From positions 23,279 to 87,278 of the forward strand of contig DIXG01000100.1 of NCBI GenBank assembly GCA_002436005.1: DNA of 64,000 nt. Reading direction: 5' to 3'. Numbering within the stretch: position 1 is the stretch's first letter; each line of letters starts with the position of its first letter. This document shows, piece after piece, positions 20,130-30,852 of this stretch. The position numbers and the translations under genes were made by a program. The stretch comes from Anaerolineaceae bacterium UBA6086 (GTDB lineage Bacteria > Chloroflexota > Anaerolineae > Anaerolineales > Anaerolineaceae). The notes under the pieces were generated by a model, which searched no databases, was not told the DNA's origin, and was given only the letters and a program-made list of their open reading frames with translations.

Positions 20130-21761
20130 ATGACTGAAAATATGATTCCCTGGTATATGAACGCCGTTTTCTATGAGGTTCATGTCAGGGCTTTTTGTGA
20201 TTCATCTGGAAATGGCAAAGGGGATATCCAGGGATTGATCAGCAAGCTGGATTATATTAAGGATTTAGGAGTAGATTGTATCTGGATATTGCCCATCTAT
20301 CCCTCCCCTCTCAAGGATGACGGCTACGACATCGCAGATTATTACGATGTCCATCCCGATTATGGGACTCTGGCAGACTTTAAACTGCTGATAAAAGAAG
20401 CCCATGCCCGCGGCTTACGTTTGATCTCAGATCTTGTTCTGAATCACACATCCGATCAGCATCCGTGGTTTCAGCAGTCACGGTCGAATCCCACATCAAA
20501 ATATCGTGATTACTATGTGTGGTCTGATACGAATGATAAATACACAGATGCACGCATCATCTTCCTTGATACCGAACCCTCAAACTGGACTTTCGATGAA
20601 AAGGCTGGTAAATACTTTTGGCACCGCTTCTACTCAACACAACCGGACTTGAATTACGACAACCCTGCTGTTCAAGAAGAAATGTTAAGTGTGATGGATT
20701 TCTGGTTGGAAATGGGGATAGACGGGTTCAGGGCGGACGCAGTTCCATACCTGATAGAACGGGAAGGCACCAATTGTGAGAATTTACCTGAAACCCACCA
20801 GATTTTGAAACAATTTCGATCACATCTCGACCGACAGTATGAGGGCAAAGTTCTTCTGGCAGAAGCCAATCAATGGCCGGAGGATGTGCGCCCCTATTTT
20901 GGTGAAGGCGATGAATTTCATATGGGATTTCACTTTCCGGTGATGCCGCGCATCTATATGGCATTACGCAAGGGAGATGTCACACCCATTCACTGGATCA
21001 TGTCCCAAACGCCAGAAATTCCAGATAACACCCAGTGGTGCATTTTTCTCAGAAACCACGACGAACTGACCCTTGAAATGGTCACCGAGGAAGAACGGCA
21101 GTGGATGTGGTCCGAATATGCCCCATTACCCCGGATGCGGCTCAATCTCGGCATTCGCCGCCGATTGACACCCTTATTGGACAATGACCACCGCAAGATA
21201 TTGCTGGCTAATGCGCTGCTCTATTCCCTGCCAGGCGCACCCATCATTTATTATGGCGACGAAATTGGGATGGGCGACAATATCTGGCTGCCAGACCGAA
21301 ACGGAGTGCGCACACCAATGCAGTGGGACAATACACCAAATGCTGGTTTTTCAACAGCCGCTGCCGACCAGCTGTATGCGCCAGTGATTGATCAAGGTGA
21401 ATTTGATTATCGTATTGTGAATGTCGCGATCGAGGAACAAGATCCAAATTCGTTGCTCAATCAAATGCGTAAATTGATCAAAATCCGAAAATCACACATC
21501 GCCCTAGCCCTGGGCGCTTATCAATTCCTTGCAAAAGACCAGCACGGATTTTTCGTCATCTTGCGAACATACAAGGACAATAATATCCTGTGCATTTTAA
21601 ATTTACAGGCAGATGAAAAAAGATTAACACTCGATCTATCAGAATTCCATGGGAAGGAGCTCGTGGATTTGTGGCATAATACCTTTTACAGAAAAATCGA
21701 TTCGGAAGAAACCAACTTTGATCTCTCACCCTACGGATTTCTGTGGGTGGAGCTGCGGTAA
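20130..21761 (+). CDS. treS: Trehalose synthase / maltose alpha-D-glucosyltransferase
   Basis: GH13 [42 protein letters not shown]. Confidence 0.95.
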   Translation: MTENMIPWYMNAVFYEVHVRAFCDSSGNGKGDIQGLISKLDYIKDLGVDCIWILPIYPSPLKDDGYDIADYYDVHPDYGTLADFKLLIKEAHARGLRLISDLVLNHTSDQHPWFQQSRSNPTSKYRDYYVWSDTNDKYTDARIIFLDTEPSNWTFDEKAGKYFWHRFYSTQPDLNYDNPAVQEEMLSVMDFWLEMGIDGFRADAVPYLIEREGTNCENLPETHQILKQFRSHLDRQYEGKVLLAEANQWPEDVRPYFGEGDEFHMGFHFPVMPRIYMALRKGDVTPIHWIMSQTPEIPDNTQWCIFLRNHDELTLEMVTEEERQWMWSEYAPLPRMRLNLGIRRRLTPLLDNDHRKILLANALLYSLPGAPIIYYGDEIGMGDNIWLPDRNGVRTPMQWDNTPNAGFSTAAADQLYAPVIDQGEFDYRIVNVAIEEQDPNSLLNQMRKLIKIRKSHIALALGAYQFLAKDQHGFFVILRTYKDNNILCILNLQADEKRLTLDLSEFHGKELVDLWHNTFYRKIDSEETNFDLSPYGFLWVELR

Positions 21762-21815
21762 GAAACAAACTCTTCATTTTCCAGCAGCAAAGCCTAATCA
21801 AGTATAATTGCACCT

Positions 21816-23249
21816 ATGGATGAAGATAATCGCCTGAAAACCTGGCTTTCACAATACATCAAACCGGTCACTGCTGAAAGACGCCACGAAATCATTGAGA
21901 AAATCCGAGAGGCGTCTTCTCCGGGGTTTGATTATTTCTTCCTGGTCGTTCTTTCCAGCGCGATTGCCACACTTGGTCTGATAAATGACTCTCCTGCAGT
22001 GATCATTGGTGCAATGCTTGTCGCCCCACTGATGTCGCCCATTATTGGCGTGGGGCTGGGATCGATCACTGCGGATTACAGCCTGGCTCGCAACTCTGCT
22101 TCAGCACTCATCCGCGGTGCACTACTGTCGATCATCCTTTCCGCGCTCCTCACGCTCAGCAACATTTACTTGCCCTTTGTGCCCTCGCTGATTGAAATTC
22201 CGCGGGAAGTGCTGAGCCGGACTCAACCAACTCCCAACGACCTGATTATCGCCCTTGCGGGTGGTTTAGCCGCAGCCTATTCTCTCGCCCAGCCGCACCT
22301 ATCTGCTGCCCTGCCTGGTGTCGCCATCGCCACCGCCCTCATGCCCCCACTTTCAACAATTGGAATTGGTCTTGCGTTAGGCCGCTGGGACATTGCCGGC
22401 GGCGCGGCGCTGTTGTTCCTGACCAACGCGGTCACAATCGCTTTTTCGGCCATTCTGGTGTTCTTCTTGGAGGGATTTGTTCCAAAGTTTCAAATTAGCA
22501 ATGGGAAACTGCCAAAAACATTGATGATTTCAGGGCTGCTGACAGGCTTATTGTTGATCCCACTGACAGTTCTGGGTGCGCGTTTGGTTTCACAAGCCCA
22601 AGACAACCGGCTAATCAATAACATTATTGGCACTGAAATAAGTGAATTTCAAAATGCAGAATTAACCGAGTTGTCCATTGTACGCTCAGAAAATGAATAT
22701 CAACTGGAAATCACAATCCGATCCCCTTACCCCCTGACCCACTCCAAAGTGGTCAGTATTCAACAGGCACTTGTCTCTCGTTTAGAAAAACCTGTCGCAC
22801 TGAGGGTGAATCACGTCAAAGCAGAAACACTTGACCCGCTAATTCCACCGACTTATACACCGACGCCAACCATTACCCAAACGCCAACTCCTGGCCCAAG
22901 TCCAACATTGACGGACACACCGACCCCTACGGCAACACTGACCCCAACAGCGACAAATACAGCCACGGCCACAATAACACCAACAGAGATTCCCGCAACG
23001 CCAACGCCTAGGAATGCATTGATCAACCGCACCGCGATTCCTCCCTATACAAATCTATACCAGGAACCCGGCGGGCCGGTCATTGCACAGCTGACACAAA
23101 ACTCAAAATTGCTGGATCTGCACAACACAATGATTTATGAGGGGCTCGTCTGGTCCCAGGTGCTTGACGAAGAAGGTCGGGTTGGCTGGGTTCCGTCCAT
23201 TTACTTGCGCTATCCAACCGATACACCCACTGTTTTTCCTGATGACTAA
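21816..23249 (+). CDS. DUF389/TIGR00341 membrane protein with Pro/Thr linker and C-terminal SH3-like domain
   Basis: SPAVIIGAMLVAPLM, LPGVAIATALMPP; TPTP repeats; WSQV...GRVGWV. Confidence 0.85.
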   Translation: MDEDNRLKTWLSQYIKPVTAERRHEIIEKIREASSPGFDYFFLVVLSSAIATLGLINDSPAVIIGAMLVAPLMSPIIGVGLGSITADYSLARNSASALIRGALLSIILSALLTLSNIYLPFVPSLIEIPREVLSRTQPTPNDLIIALAGGLAAAYSLAQPHLSAALPGVAIATALMPPLSTIGIGLALGRWDIAGGAALLFLTNAVTIAFSAILVFFLEGFVPKFQISNGKLPKTLMISGLLTGLLLIPLTVLGARLVSQAQDNRLINNIIGTEISEFQNAELTELSIVRSENEYQLEITIRSPYPLTHSKVVSIQQALVSRLEKPVALRVNHVKAETLDPLIPPTYTPTPTITQTPTPGPSPTLTDTPTPTATLTPTATNTATATITPTEIPATPTPRNALINRTAIPPYTNLYQEPGGPVIAQLTQNSKLLDLHNTMIYEGLVWSQVLDEEGRVGWVPSIYLRYPTDTPTVFPDD

Positions 23250-23267
23250 GTCGATTTGTGAGCGTAC

Positions 23268-23534
23268 ATGAGATCTTACGAATGTATTGCCTGCGGTTAT
23301 ATTTATATTCCGGAAGATGGGGATCCTATTACCGGGATCGAACCAGGAACAGCCTTTGAAGATCTTCCTGAAGACTGGGTCTGTCCGGATTGAGGGCTGG
23401 GGAAAGAGGAATTTGAACCCATCGATTATTCAATAGCCCACATCAATAATCGATTTAGCAGATCGGATTCTTTCGTCAACATTTCGAACCCTATAGACGC
23501 AAGTCTCGATCAAGTCACAGAACTCGGCATTTAA
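23268..23534 (+). CDS. Rubredoxin with in-frame TGA at the 4th Fe ligand (codon 42): selenoprotein or pseudogene
   Basis: Manual translation [53 protein letters not shown]...; TGA 23391-23393; rubredoxin similarity continues after the TGA; next stop TAA 23532-23534. Confidence 0.85.
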
Positions 23535-23633
23535 ACTATCGTAAATAATCTGGATTCTTTGAATTCTGAGGATTCACGGATATGACTTTTGTTCAGTTCT
23601 CGAAGGCGAAACCTCATAAGAGCGCATGAGCGT

Positions 23634-23662
23634 TTGACAAACAGGGGTTCTTTTGGGATAAT
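23634..23662 (+). promoter_or_regulatory. Sigma70-type promoter of the N-ATPase operon
   Basis: TTGACA-17 nt-GATAAT with TG extension. Confidence 0.7.
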
Positions 23663-23703
23663 TAATCGGGTTGTGCCGCCCCTGGTTCACACGAGGGTTA
23701 ATT
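23660..23703 (+). promoter_or_regulatory. Candidate Na+-I (DUF1646-motif) riboswitch-like structured leader
   Basis: P1 AAUUAAUC/GGUUAAUU, internal loop GGGUU/ACGAG, P2 GUG-CCG-cccc-UGG-UU-CAC; upstream of a Na+-type ATPase; motif recalled from memory, not searched. Confidence 0.5.
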
Positions 23704-23713
23704 CATTAATTAA

Positions 23714-25542
<1,829 letters not shown>

Positions 25543-25550
25543 TTAATTCA

Positions 25551-25820
25551 ATGGATAATAAAACTGAAAACAAGACCAATTTTATAAAAGGGCTGTCCCT
25601 GTTATCCCTGGGGTGGGAGCTGGCGATCCCGATCTTCATTGGCGTCCTGCTTGGCTACCAGCTTGATAAATTGCTAGGCTCACGCCTGGTTTTCACCATC
25701 GTTTTACTACTGCTTGGCATTACAACGGGATTCTATAATCTCTATAAGGTCATTCAACTCGAAATGCTCAGAACAAAAGTTAGTCAACTGATCAAACAGG
25801 AAGACACAAAAGAAGAATGA
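25551..25820 (+). CDS. atpQ: N-ATPase subunit AtpQ (AtpZ/AtpI-like)
   Basis: LGWELAIPI..G.LLG..LD, two TM helices; canonical N-ATPase position. Confidence 0.8.
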   Translation: MDNKTENKTNFIKGLSLLSLGWELAIPIFIGVLLGYQLDKLLGSRLVFTIVLLLLGITTGFYNLYKVIQLEMLRTKVSQLIKQEDTKEE

Positions 25821-26116
25821 ATCTCTTGATATACGTTTTATGGTTTCTTGCTGGAGCTGGGCTGGCAATTTTATTCCTGAAATCCATTCAGGGTTCCATC
25901 GCCAGGATTCAACCTGATAAGCAAAAAACGAGTGCCAGGTTGATCTTGCTGAGCACCCTTTTGCGATGGATTATTATCTTTATTACTTTTTGGTTGGCAT
26001 TATCCCACTCATTCTTATCGCTACTGCTCATCTTTGTGTCATTCAGTCTAACAAGACTGCTCCTGCTTTACCGATATCAGCACAAGCTTTCGGTACAGGC
26101 GGATCGAGCACTCTAA
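25817..26116 (+). CDS. atpR: N-ATPase subunit AtpR
   Basis: Small hydrophobic protein with membrane Arg residues (LLRW, LTRL); canonical position. Confidence 0.75.
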   Translation: MNLLIYVLWFLAGAGLAILFLKSIQGSIARIQPDKQKTSARLILLSTLLRWIIIFITFWLALSHSFLSLLLIFVSFSLTRLLLLYRYQHKLSVQADRAL

Positions 26117-26131
26117 GAAAAAGGATTTTTT

Positions 26132-26821
26132 ATGGAGGCAATCGAGCCACAAGTTGTATTTACGATTTTTGGCATATCCATCACGAACACCGTAGTATCC
26201 ACCTGGTTCATGATGGCTCTGATCGTTATCGTGATGCTGCTCATCCGAAAGTACAAACCTGGCGCAGGTGAGATCATCCTTGAAATGATTGACAACATTG
26301 TCAGTACAGTGATGCCAGAAGAAGCAAACATTTCTAAATACCTCCCCCTATTAAGCACTCTGGCAATCTTCTTGTTACTTGGCAATATCTTCAGTGTTTT
26401 TCCTGGGATGGTTTCACCTACAGCGAACATTAATACCACTGCGGCGTTAGCGATCATTGTGTTTTTTGCCGTCCATGTGTATGGTATCCGTGAAAAAGGG
26501 CTGTGGGGTTACGCTAAGGATTTGGCAAACCCGATTTTTATCCTGCCTTTGGAGATTGTCAGTCAATTCTCCCGCACCTTATCATTAGCGGTCAGGCTAT
26601 TTGGCAACGTATTGAGCACTGACCTGATTGTGATCATTGTATTTGCACTTATCCCATTTATCGTCCCTCTCCCATTAACCTTATTAGGAATGCTGACAGG
26701 CGTTCTTCAGGCTTATATCTTCCTGGTCCTGTCCTCTCTTTATATCGCATCTGCAATAGAAGTTCAGGGAATGGAAGAAGAAAGACGCAAACTCAAGGAA
26801 GAAATCTCAAAATCTTCATAA
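26132..26821 (+). CDS. atpB: N-ATPase a subunit
   Basis: SRTLSLAVRLFGN, LQAYIF. Confidence 0.95.
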   Translation: MEAIEPQVVFTIFGISITNTVVSTWFMMALIVIVMLLIRKYKPGAGEIILEMIDNIVSTVMPEEANISKYLPLLSTLAIFLLLGNIFSVFPGMVSPTANINTTAALAIIVFFAVHVYGIREKGLWGYAKDLANPIFILPLEIVSQFSRTLSLAVRLFGNVLSTDLIVIIVFALIPFIVPLPLTLLGMLTGVLQAYIFLVLSSLYIASAIEVQGMEEERRKLKEEISKSS

Positions 26822-26846
26822 CGACAAATAGAAAGGACTATTTTAT

Positions 26847-27119
26847 ATGTGGCAGCTTGAACCAGAAACCCTTATTACGATCGTGACAATCTTTGTCGCA
26901 ACCTTCGGCATTGTCCTGGGATGCATTGTTCCTGCAATCATGGAAGGCATTGCGGTCAAAAAAGCGCTGGATGGGATTGCCAGACAGCCAGATGCAGCCA
27001 ATGATCTGAGAACGACACTGCTGATTTCAATGGCTCTCCTGGAATCAACAGCAATCTACGTGCTTCTTGTGATCCTTGTTTTGCTCTTTGCCAACCCTGT
27101 CTTGAATCGTTTCTTCTAA
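26847..27119 (+). CDS. atpE: N-ATPase c subunit (Na+-binding signature)
   Basis: PAIMEG in helix 1, ARQP loop, ESTAIY in helix 2. Confidence 0.95.
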   Translation: MWQLEPETLITIVTIFVATFGIVLGCIVPAIMEGIAVKKALDGIARQPDAANDLRTTLLISMALLESTAIYVLLVILVLLFANPVLNRFF

Positions 27120-27141
27120 ACGGTTTTTAAGGAGAGATCAA

Positions 27142-27924
27142 ATGCTGGAGATCGATCCGGTCACAATTCTGGCCGAAATATTTAACTTTTTAATTTTGGC
27201 AGTTGTTTTGTACTTCCTGTTATTCAAGCCAATGGTAAAAAGTGTAATGGAACGTGCAGACGCAAAAAATGCAGCGTTGGAATCTGCATTAGCTAAAGAA
27301 GAAGAAGCAGAACAAAAGCTCAAAATGATTGAGGAAAGACTTTCTAATCTTGATTTTGAAATCGAAGAGCGACTGCAGAAAGCTTATCAACAAGCACAGG
27401 AAGACACCGGTTCTCTGATTCAGGCGACGCACAAAGAAGCTGAAATGATTTTGATTGAAGCAGAAAAAGAAGCGGAAAAATTTAAAAAGCATGAATTTAA
27501 TCAGTTAAGAGAAACCCTCGTCAGCACCATCCTGAACATCAGTTCCCAAATCCTTCGCAGATCTACACCCGATGTTGTGCACGAAAATCTTGTAGATGAG
27601 TTAACGACTGAAATATGGGACCTGGGGAAAAGGGATATGCAGCAAGTGCGAACGCTGCGAGATTCACTGACAGAAAGAACGCCCACCGTCTATGTGACAT
27701 CTGCCAGAGAACTGACTCCTGAGAAACAAAGAAGCCTGGTGAAAACTTTTGGCGCCTTAGCAGATAAGAACGTCAATATGGAAATTGAAATCAATCCTGA
27801 TTTAATTGCAGGTATCCACGCAAGAATTGGTGATCTGATCATTGAAAACTCTCTTGCTATGGAGCTGTCTGATCTCAAGACTGAAGTCCTGAAATCACTT
27901 GAAGAGAGCGTTGATGGTGAATAA
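27142..27924 (+). CDS. atpF: N-ATPase b subunit fused to delta-like domain
   Basis: N-terminal TM (EIFNFLIL...FKP), coiled coil, C-terminal VTSAREL...INPDLIAGI. Confidence 0.9.
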   Translation: MLEIDPVTILAEIFNFLILAVVLYFLLFKPMVKSVMERADAKNAALESALAKEEEAEQKLKMIEERLSNLDFEIEERLQKAYQQAQEDTGSLIQATHKEAEMILIEAEKEAEKFKKHEFNQLRETLVSTILNISSQILRRSTPDVVHENLVDELTTEIWDLGKRDMQQVRTLRDSLTERTPTVYVTSARELTPEKQRSLVKTFGALADKNVNMEIEINPDLIAGIHARIGDLIIENSLAMELSDLKTEVLKSLEESVDGE

Positions 27925-29593
27925 CAAAATCACAGCACCAAGCCCAGATATTGAAAAGCTCAGATTGTTTTCTGAAAGTTTGGAAAATTATTGGGAATCC
28001 TTAACCAATCCTGAGGTTTTTCTGTCTCAAATCAAGCAAAAAGTCGTCAAAAAAAGCGCGATAATCACCGAAAGGCGGATTAAAGGCGTTGTCGAAACGC
28101 TTAAGCAGAAATCTGCCGCAATGTCCACACGTGTCAGGTTTAAGGACGTTGGCACAGTCCAGCACATTGGCAATGGTGTGGCAACTGTTTCTGGTTTACC
28201 CAATGTATCGATTGATGAGATTGTTGTATTTCCAACTGGCGCAGAGGGAATGGCACTCAACCTTGAACGAAAACATGTTGATCTGATCATGCTTGGCAGC
28301 GAAAAGGATATCCGGGGTGGCGACATGGTTCAGGCAACCGGGAACAGGCTCAAAATTCCGGTTGGATCCCATACATTGGGAAGGATATTTGACCCATTAG
28401 GCAATCCGCTTGACCGGGATGAACTGGTCGAGGCAAGCGAATATCGCTTCTTTTCAAGGATGGCACCGGGCGTCATTGATCGGCAGCCTGTACACCAATC
28501 CCTTTTCACTGGCACAAAGGTCATTGATGCACTCTTTCCCATCGGACGCGGTCAGCGTGAATTAATTGTGGGCGACCGCCAGACGGGTAAAACCACGCTA
28601 GCAGTTGATGCCATCATCAGTCAGAAGAACACCAATGTTCATTGCGTTTATGTGGCAATCGGCCAAAAGAAATCCTCTACGTTGTCTGTGGTCGAAACCC
28701 TGCAGAAAAATGATGCACTATCAAACACAGCCATCATCCTCAGCAGTCCAGAGGACCAGCCAGCACTGAGATATCTGGCACCCTACACAGGGATTACAAT
28801 GGCAGAATATTTCCTTGACCAGGGGCAGGATGTCCTGATTGTTTTTGATGACCTTAGCAAACACGCCAACGCCTATCGAGAACTAAGCCTTCTGCTCAGA
28901 CGTCCCCCAGGACGAGAAGCTTATCCTGGCGATATTTTCTACATTCACTCAAGACTACTCGAAAGAGCCTGTAAGCTGAGCTCAGCCCATGGCGGTGGCT
29001 CCATCACTGCCTTGCCCATCACCACCACGCAAAACGGAAATATCTCATCATATATTTCAACAAACTTGATTTCAATCACAGATGGACAGATCGTGCTGGA
29101 TACTGACCTCTACAATCAGGGTCAAAAACCTGCCATTGACATCGGCCGATCCGTCTCACGTGTCGGCAGTTCTGCCCAGGAGCCTGCCATGCGATCCCTG
29201 GTTGGAAACCTGAAGCTTGAGCTATCCCAATACAAGGAGGTGGAGCACTTCACACGCTTCGGGACAGAAGTGGATCGAGCAACCTATCAACAAATTGAAA
29301 AAGGGAAACGCATTTTAAGCATCTTCAATCAGGGACCGAATCAACCTTTTTCTTTTGCCATGACAATCATTGAGCTCTTTGCCCTGTCTCGAGGCTACCT
29401 CGACAAGATTCCCGTTGAAAGCGTCCCCGCTTTTGAGAAGGAGTTACGGGAATTCTTCACTCAAAAAGAAGCTGTGCTGATGCATGACATTTCAACAGAA
29501 GCAATATTAACCAACTCGATCGTCGACAAGCTCAATCAGGCGCTGACTGAATTCATCGATGATTGGGACATCCAGAAAGGCACCATCTTATGA
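27914..29593 (+). CDS. atpA: N-ATPase alpha subunit with N-terminal extension
   Basis: GDRQTGKT, RRPPGREAYPGD, ITDGQI, SVSRVG. Confidence 0.96.
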   Translation: MVNNKITAPSPDIEKLRLFSESLENYWESLTNPEVFLSQIKQKVVKKSAIITERRIKGVVETLKQKSAAMSTRVRFKDVGTVQHIGNGVATVSGLPNVSIDEIVVFPTGAEGMALNLERKHVDLIMLGSEKDIRGGDMVQATGNRLKIPVGSHTLGRIFDPLGNPLDRDELVEASEYRFFSRMAPGVIDRQPVHQSLFTGTKVIDALFPIGRGQRELIVGDRQTGKTTLAVDAIISQKNTNVHCVYVAIGQKKSSTLSVVETLQKNDALSNTAIILSSPEDQPALRYLAPYTGITMAEYFLDQGQDVLIVFDDLSKHANAYRELSLLLRRPPGREAYPGDIFYIHSRLLERACKLSSAHGGGSITALPITTTQNGNISSYISTNLISITDGQIVLDTDLYNQGQKPAIDIGRSVSRVGSSAQEPAMRSLVGNLKLELSQYKEVEHFTRFGTEVDRATYQQIEKGKRILSIFNQGPNQPFSFAMTIIELFALSRGYLDKIPVESVPAFEKELREFFTQKEAVLMHDISTEAILTNSIVDKLNQALTEFIDDWDIQKGTIL

Positions 29594-29904
29594 AAATGGT
29601 CATGGTGGTTGTACCTGCCAATACCGCAGATAAAATTTTGGACGGGCTGGTAAATGCTGGATTTACAGCAACCTATGCAGAAACCCATGGCGGTATGTTG
29701 CAGCAAAGCCAGTATTCACTTTTCATTGCTGTCAACAAAGAAGACTTACAAACTATTCTTGACATCGTAAAAGAGAACTGCCGCACCAGGGTAAACCTGA
29801 GTACAAAAAGTGAATTCGGTGAACCCGATAAAACACCCGTCACCACCGAACTCGGCGGCGCAGTCGTGTTCATCTGGGATATCAATCAAATTATCACCTT
29901 CTAA
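29590..29904 (+). CDS. PII-like protein of the c-di-AMP receptor (DarA/PstA) family
   Basis: MKMVMVVV...L..AGF.AT...HGGML....LFI...CRTR...GGAVVF; ATGA overlap with atpA. Confidence 0.8.
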   Translation: MKMVMVVVPANTADKILDGLVNAGFTATYAETHGGMLQQSQYSLFIAVNKEDLQTILDIVKENCRTRVNLSTKSEFGEPDKTPVTTELGGAVVFIWDINQIITF

Positions 29905-29910
29905 TCCCCC

Positions 29911-30807
29911 ATGTCTCAAAGTTTTGAAACCGCAGTCGCTCGACTCAACAATATTGAAACCATCAAGCCGCTTCTGAGCGCAATGCGAACGCTTTCCATG
30001 GGAGCCTGGCATATGGCTCTCAATAAGCTATCCGCGATGATTCCCTATGAGGAAAATTTCGATCGGATTCTCTTTGAAGTCCTTCGCCATTTGGATGTCA
30101 ATGAAGTGACAAAAAATCAACCCATTAACCGGGAGCCTGGTCAGGGACAAACAATTATTCTGATTATTGGCAGTGAACGTGGGCTTTGCGGTAAATACAA
30201 CACAGTTTTAGCTGATAATTCAATGACATGGATTGAGAAGCAGAACCTCGCCAATTACCAGGTCTGGGCAATCGGTTCAAAATTAATCAGAACATTAGAG
30301 GGAATGAAAATTGCCATCACACAACAAACACCCGTCCCTACTGGCGGCTTGTTATCCTATTCAGAATCTTATATCACCACACAAAACTGGTTGGACCAGT
30401 ATGAAGCATATGCATTTGATCAATTTTTCATCCACTACAACGAAATCAAAAAAGGGGGTCTATACGAATTTGCGACATTCCATTTGCTTCCCTATCAGAG
30501 CCCCCAGGTCTCAACAGAAGCTGTCTCAATAAAATCCTCCTGGCCCCCGCCAATCATTGAATCAGATCCACTCCGTATGTACCGGCAGATCATTGAGCAC
30601 TATGTCGCCTCAAGCTATTATAAAATCTTATTATCATCAAGCGCAGCTGAGAATTCCTCCAGGTATCGGCTGATGCAAGAAGCAGAAGAAAATGCAGAAG
30701 AAATAATTGAAGAATTAACATTTGTGATAAATGCAGAAAGAAAGCGGAAAATTACACAGGAGATGCAAGAGCTTGCCGCCGGATCTGGACTGTTAAACCG
30801 TCAGTAA
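29911..30807 (+). CDS. atpG: N-ATPase gamma subunit
   Basis: GSERGLCG.YN, AENSSR..M, KITQEMQEL. Confidence 0.93.
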   Translation: MSQSFETAVARLNNIETIKPLLSAMRTLSMGAWHMALNKLSAMIPYEENFDRILFEVLRHLDVNEVTKNQPINREPGQGQTIILIIGSERGLCGKYNTVLADNSMTWIEKQNLANYQVWAIGSKLIRTLEGMKIAITQQTPVPTGGLLSYSESYITTQNWLDQYEAYAFDQFFIHYNEIKKGGLYEFATFHLLPYQSPQVSTEAVSIKSSWPPPIIESDPLRMYRQIIEHYVASSYYKILLSSSAAENSSRYRLMQEAEENAEEIIEELTFVINAERKRKITQEMQELAAGSGLLNRQ

Positions 30808-30852
30808 GCCTTCAGGCAGATCATCTCGACCACAACAACAGAGGAGAGAATT

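Noticed and set aside
22845..23010. Repetitive ACx/CCx tract as a possible CRISPR or DNA repeat
   Set aside because: Degenerate codons for a Thr/Pro protein linker; no identical repeats with spacers
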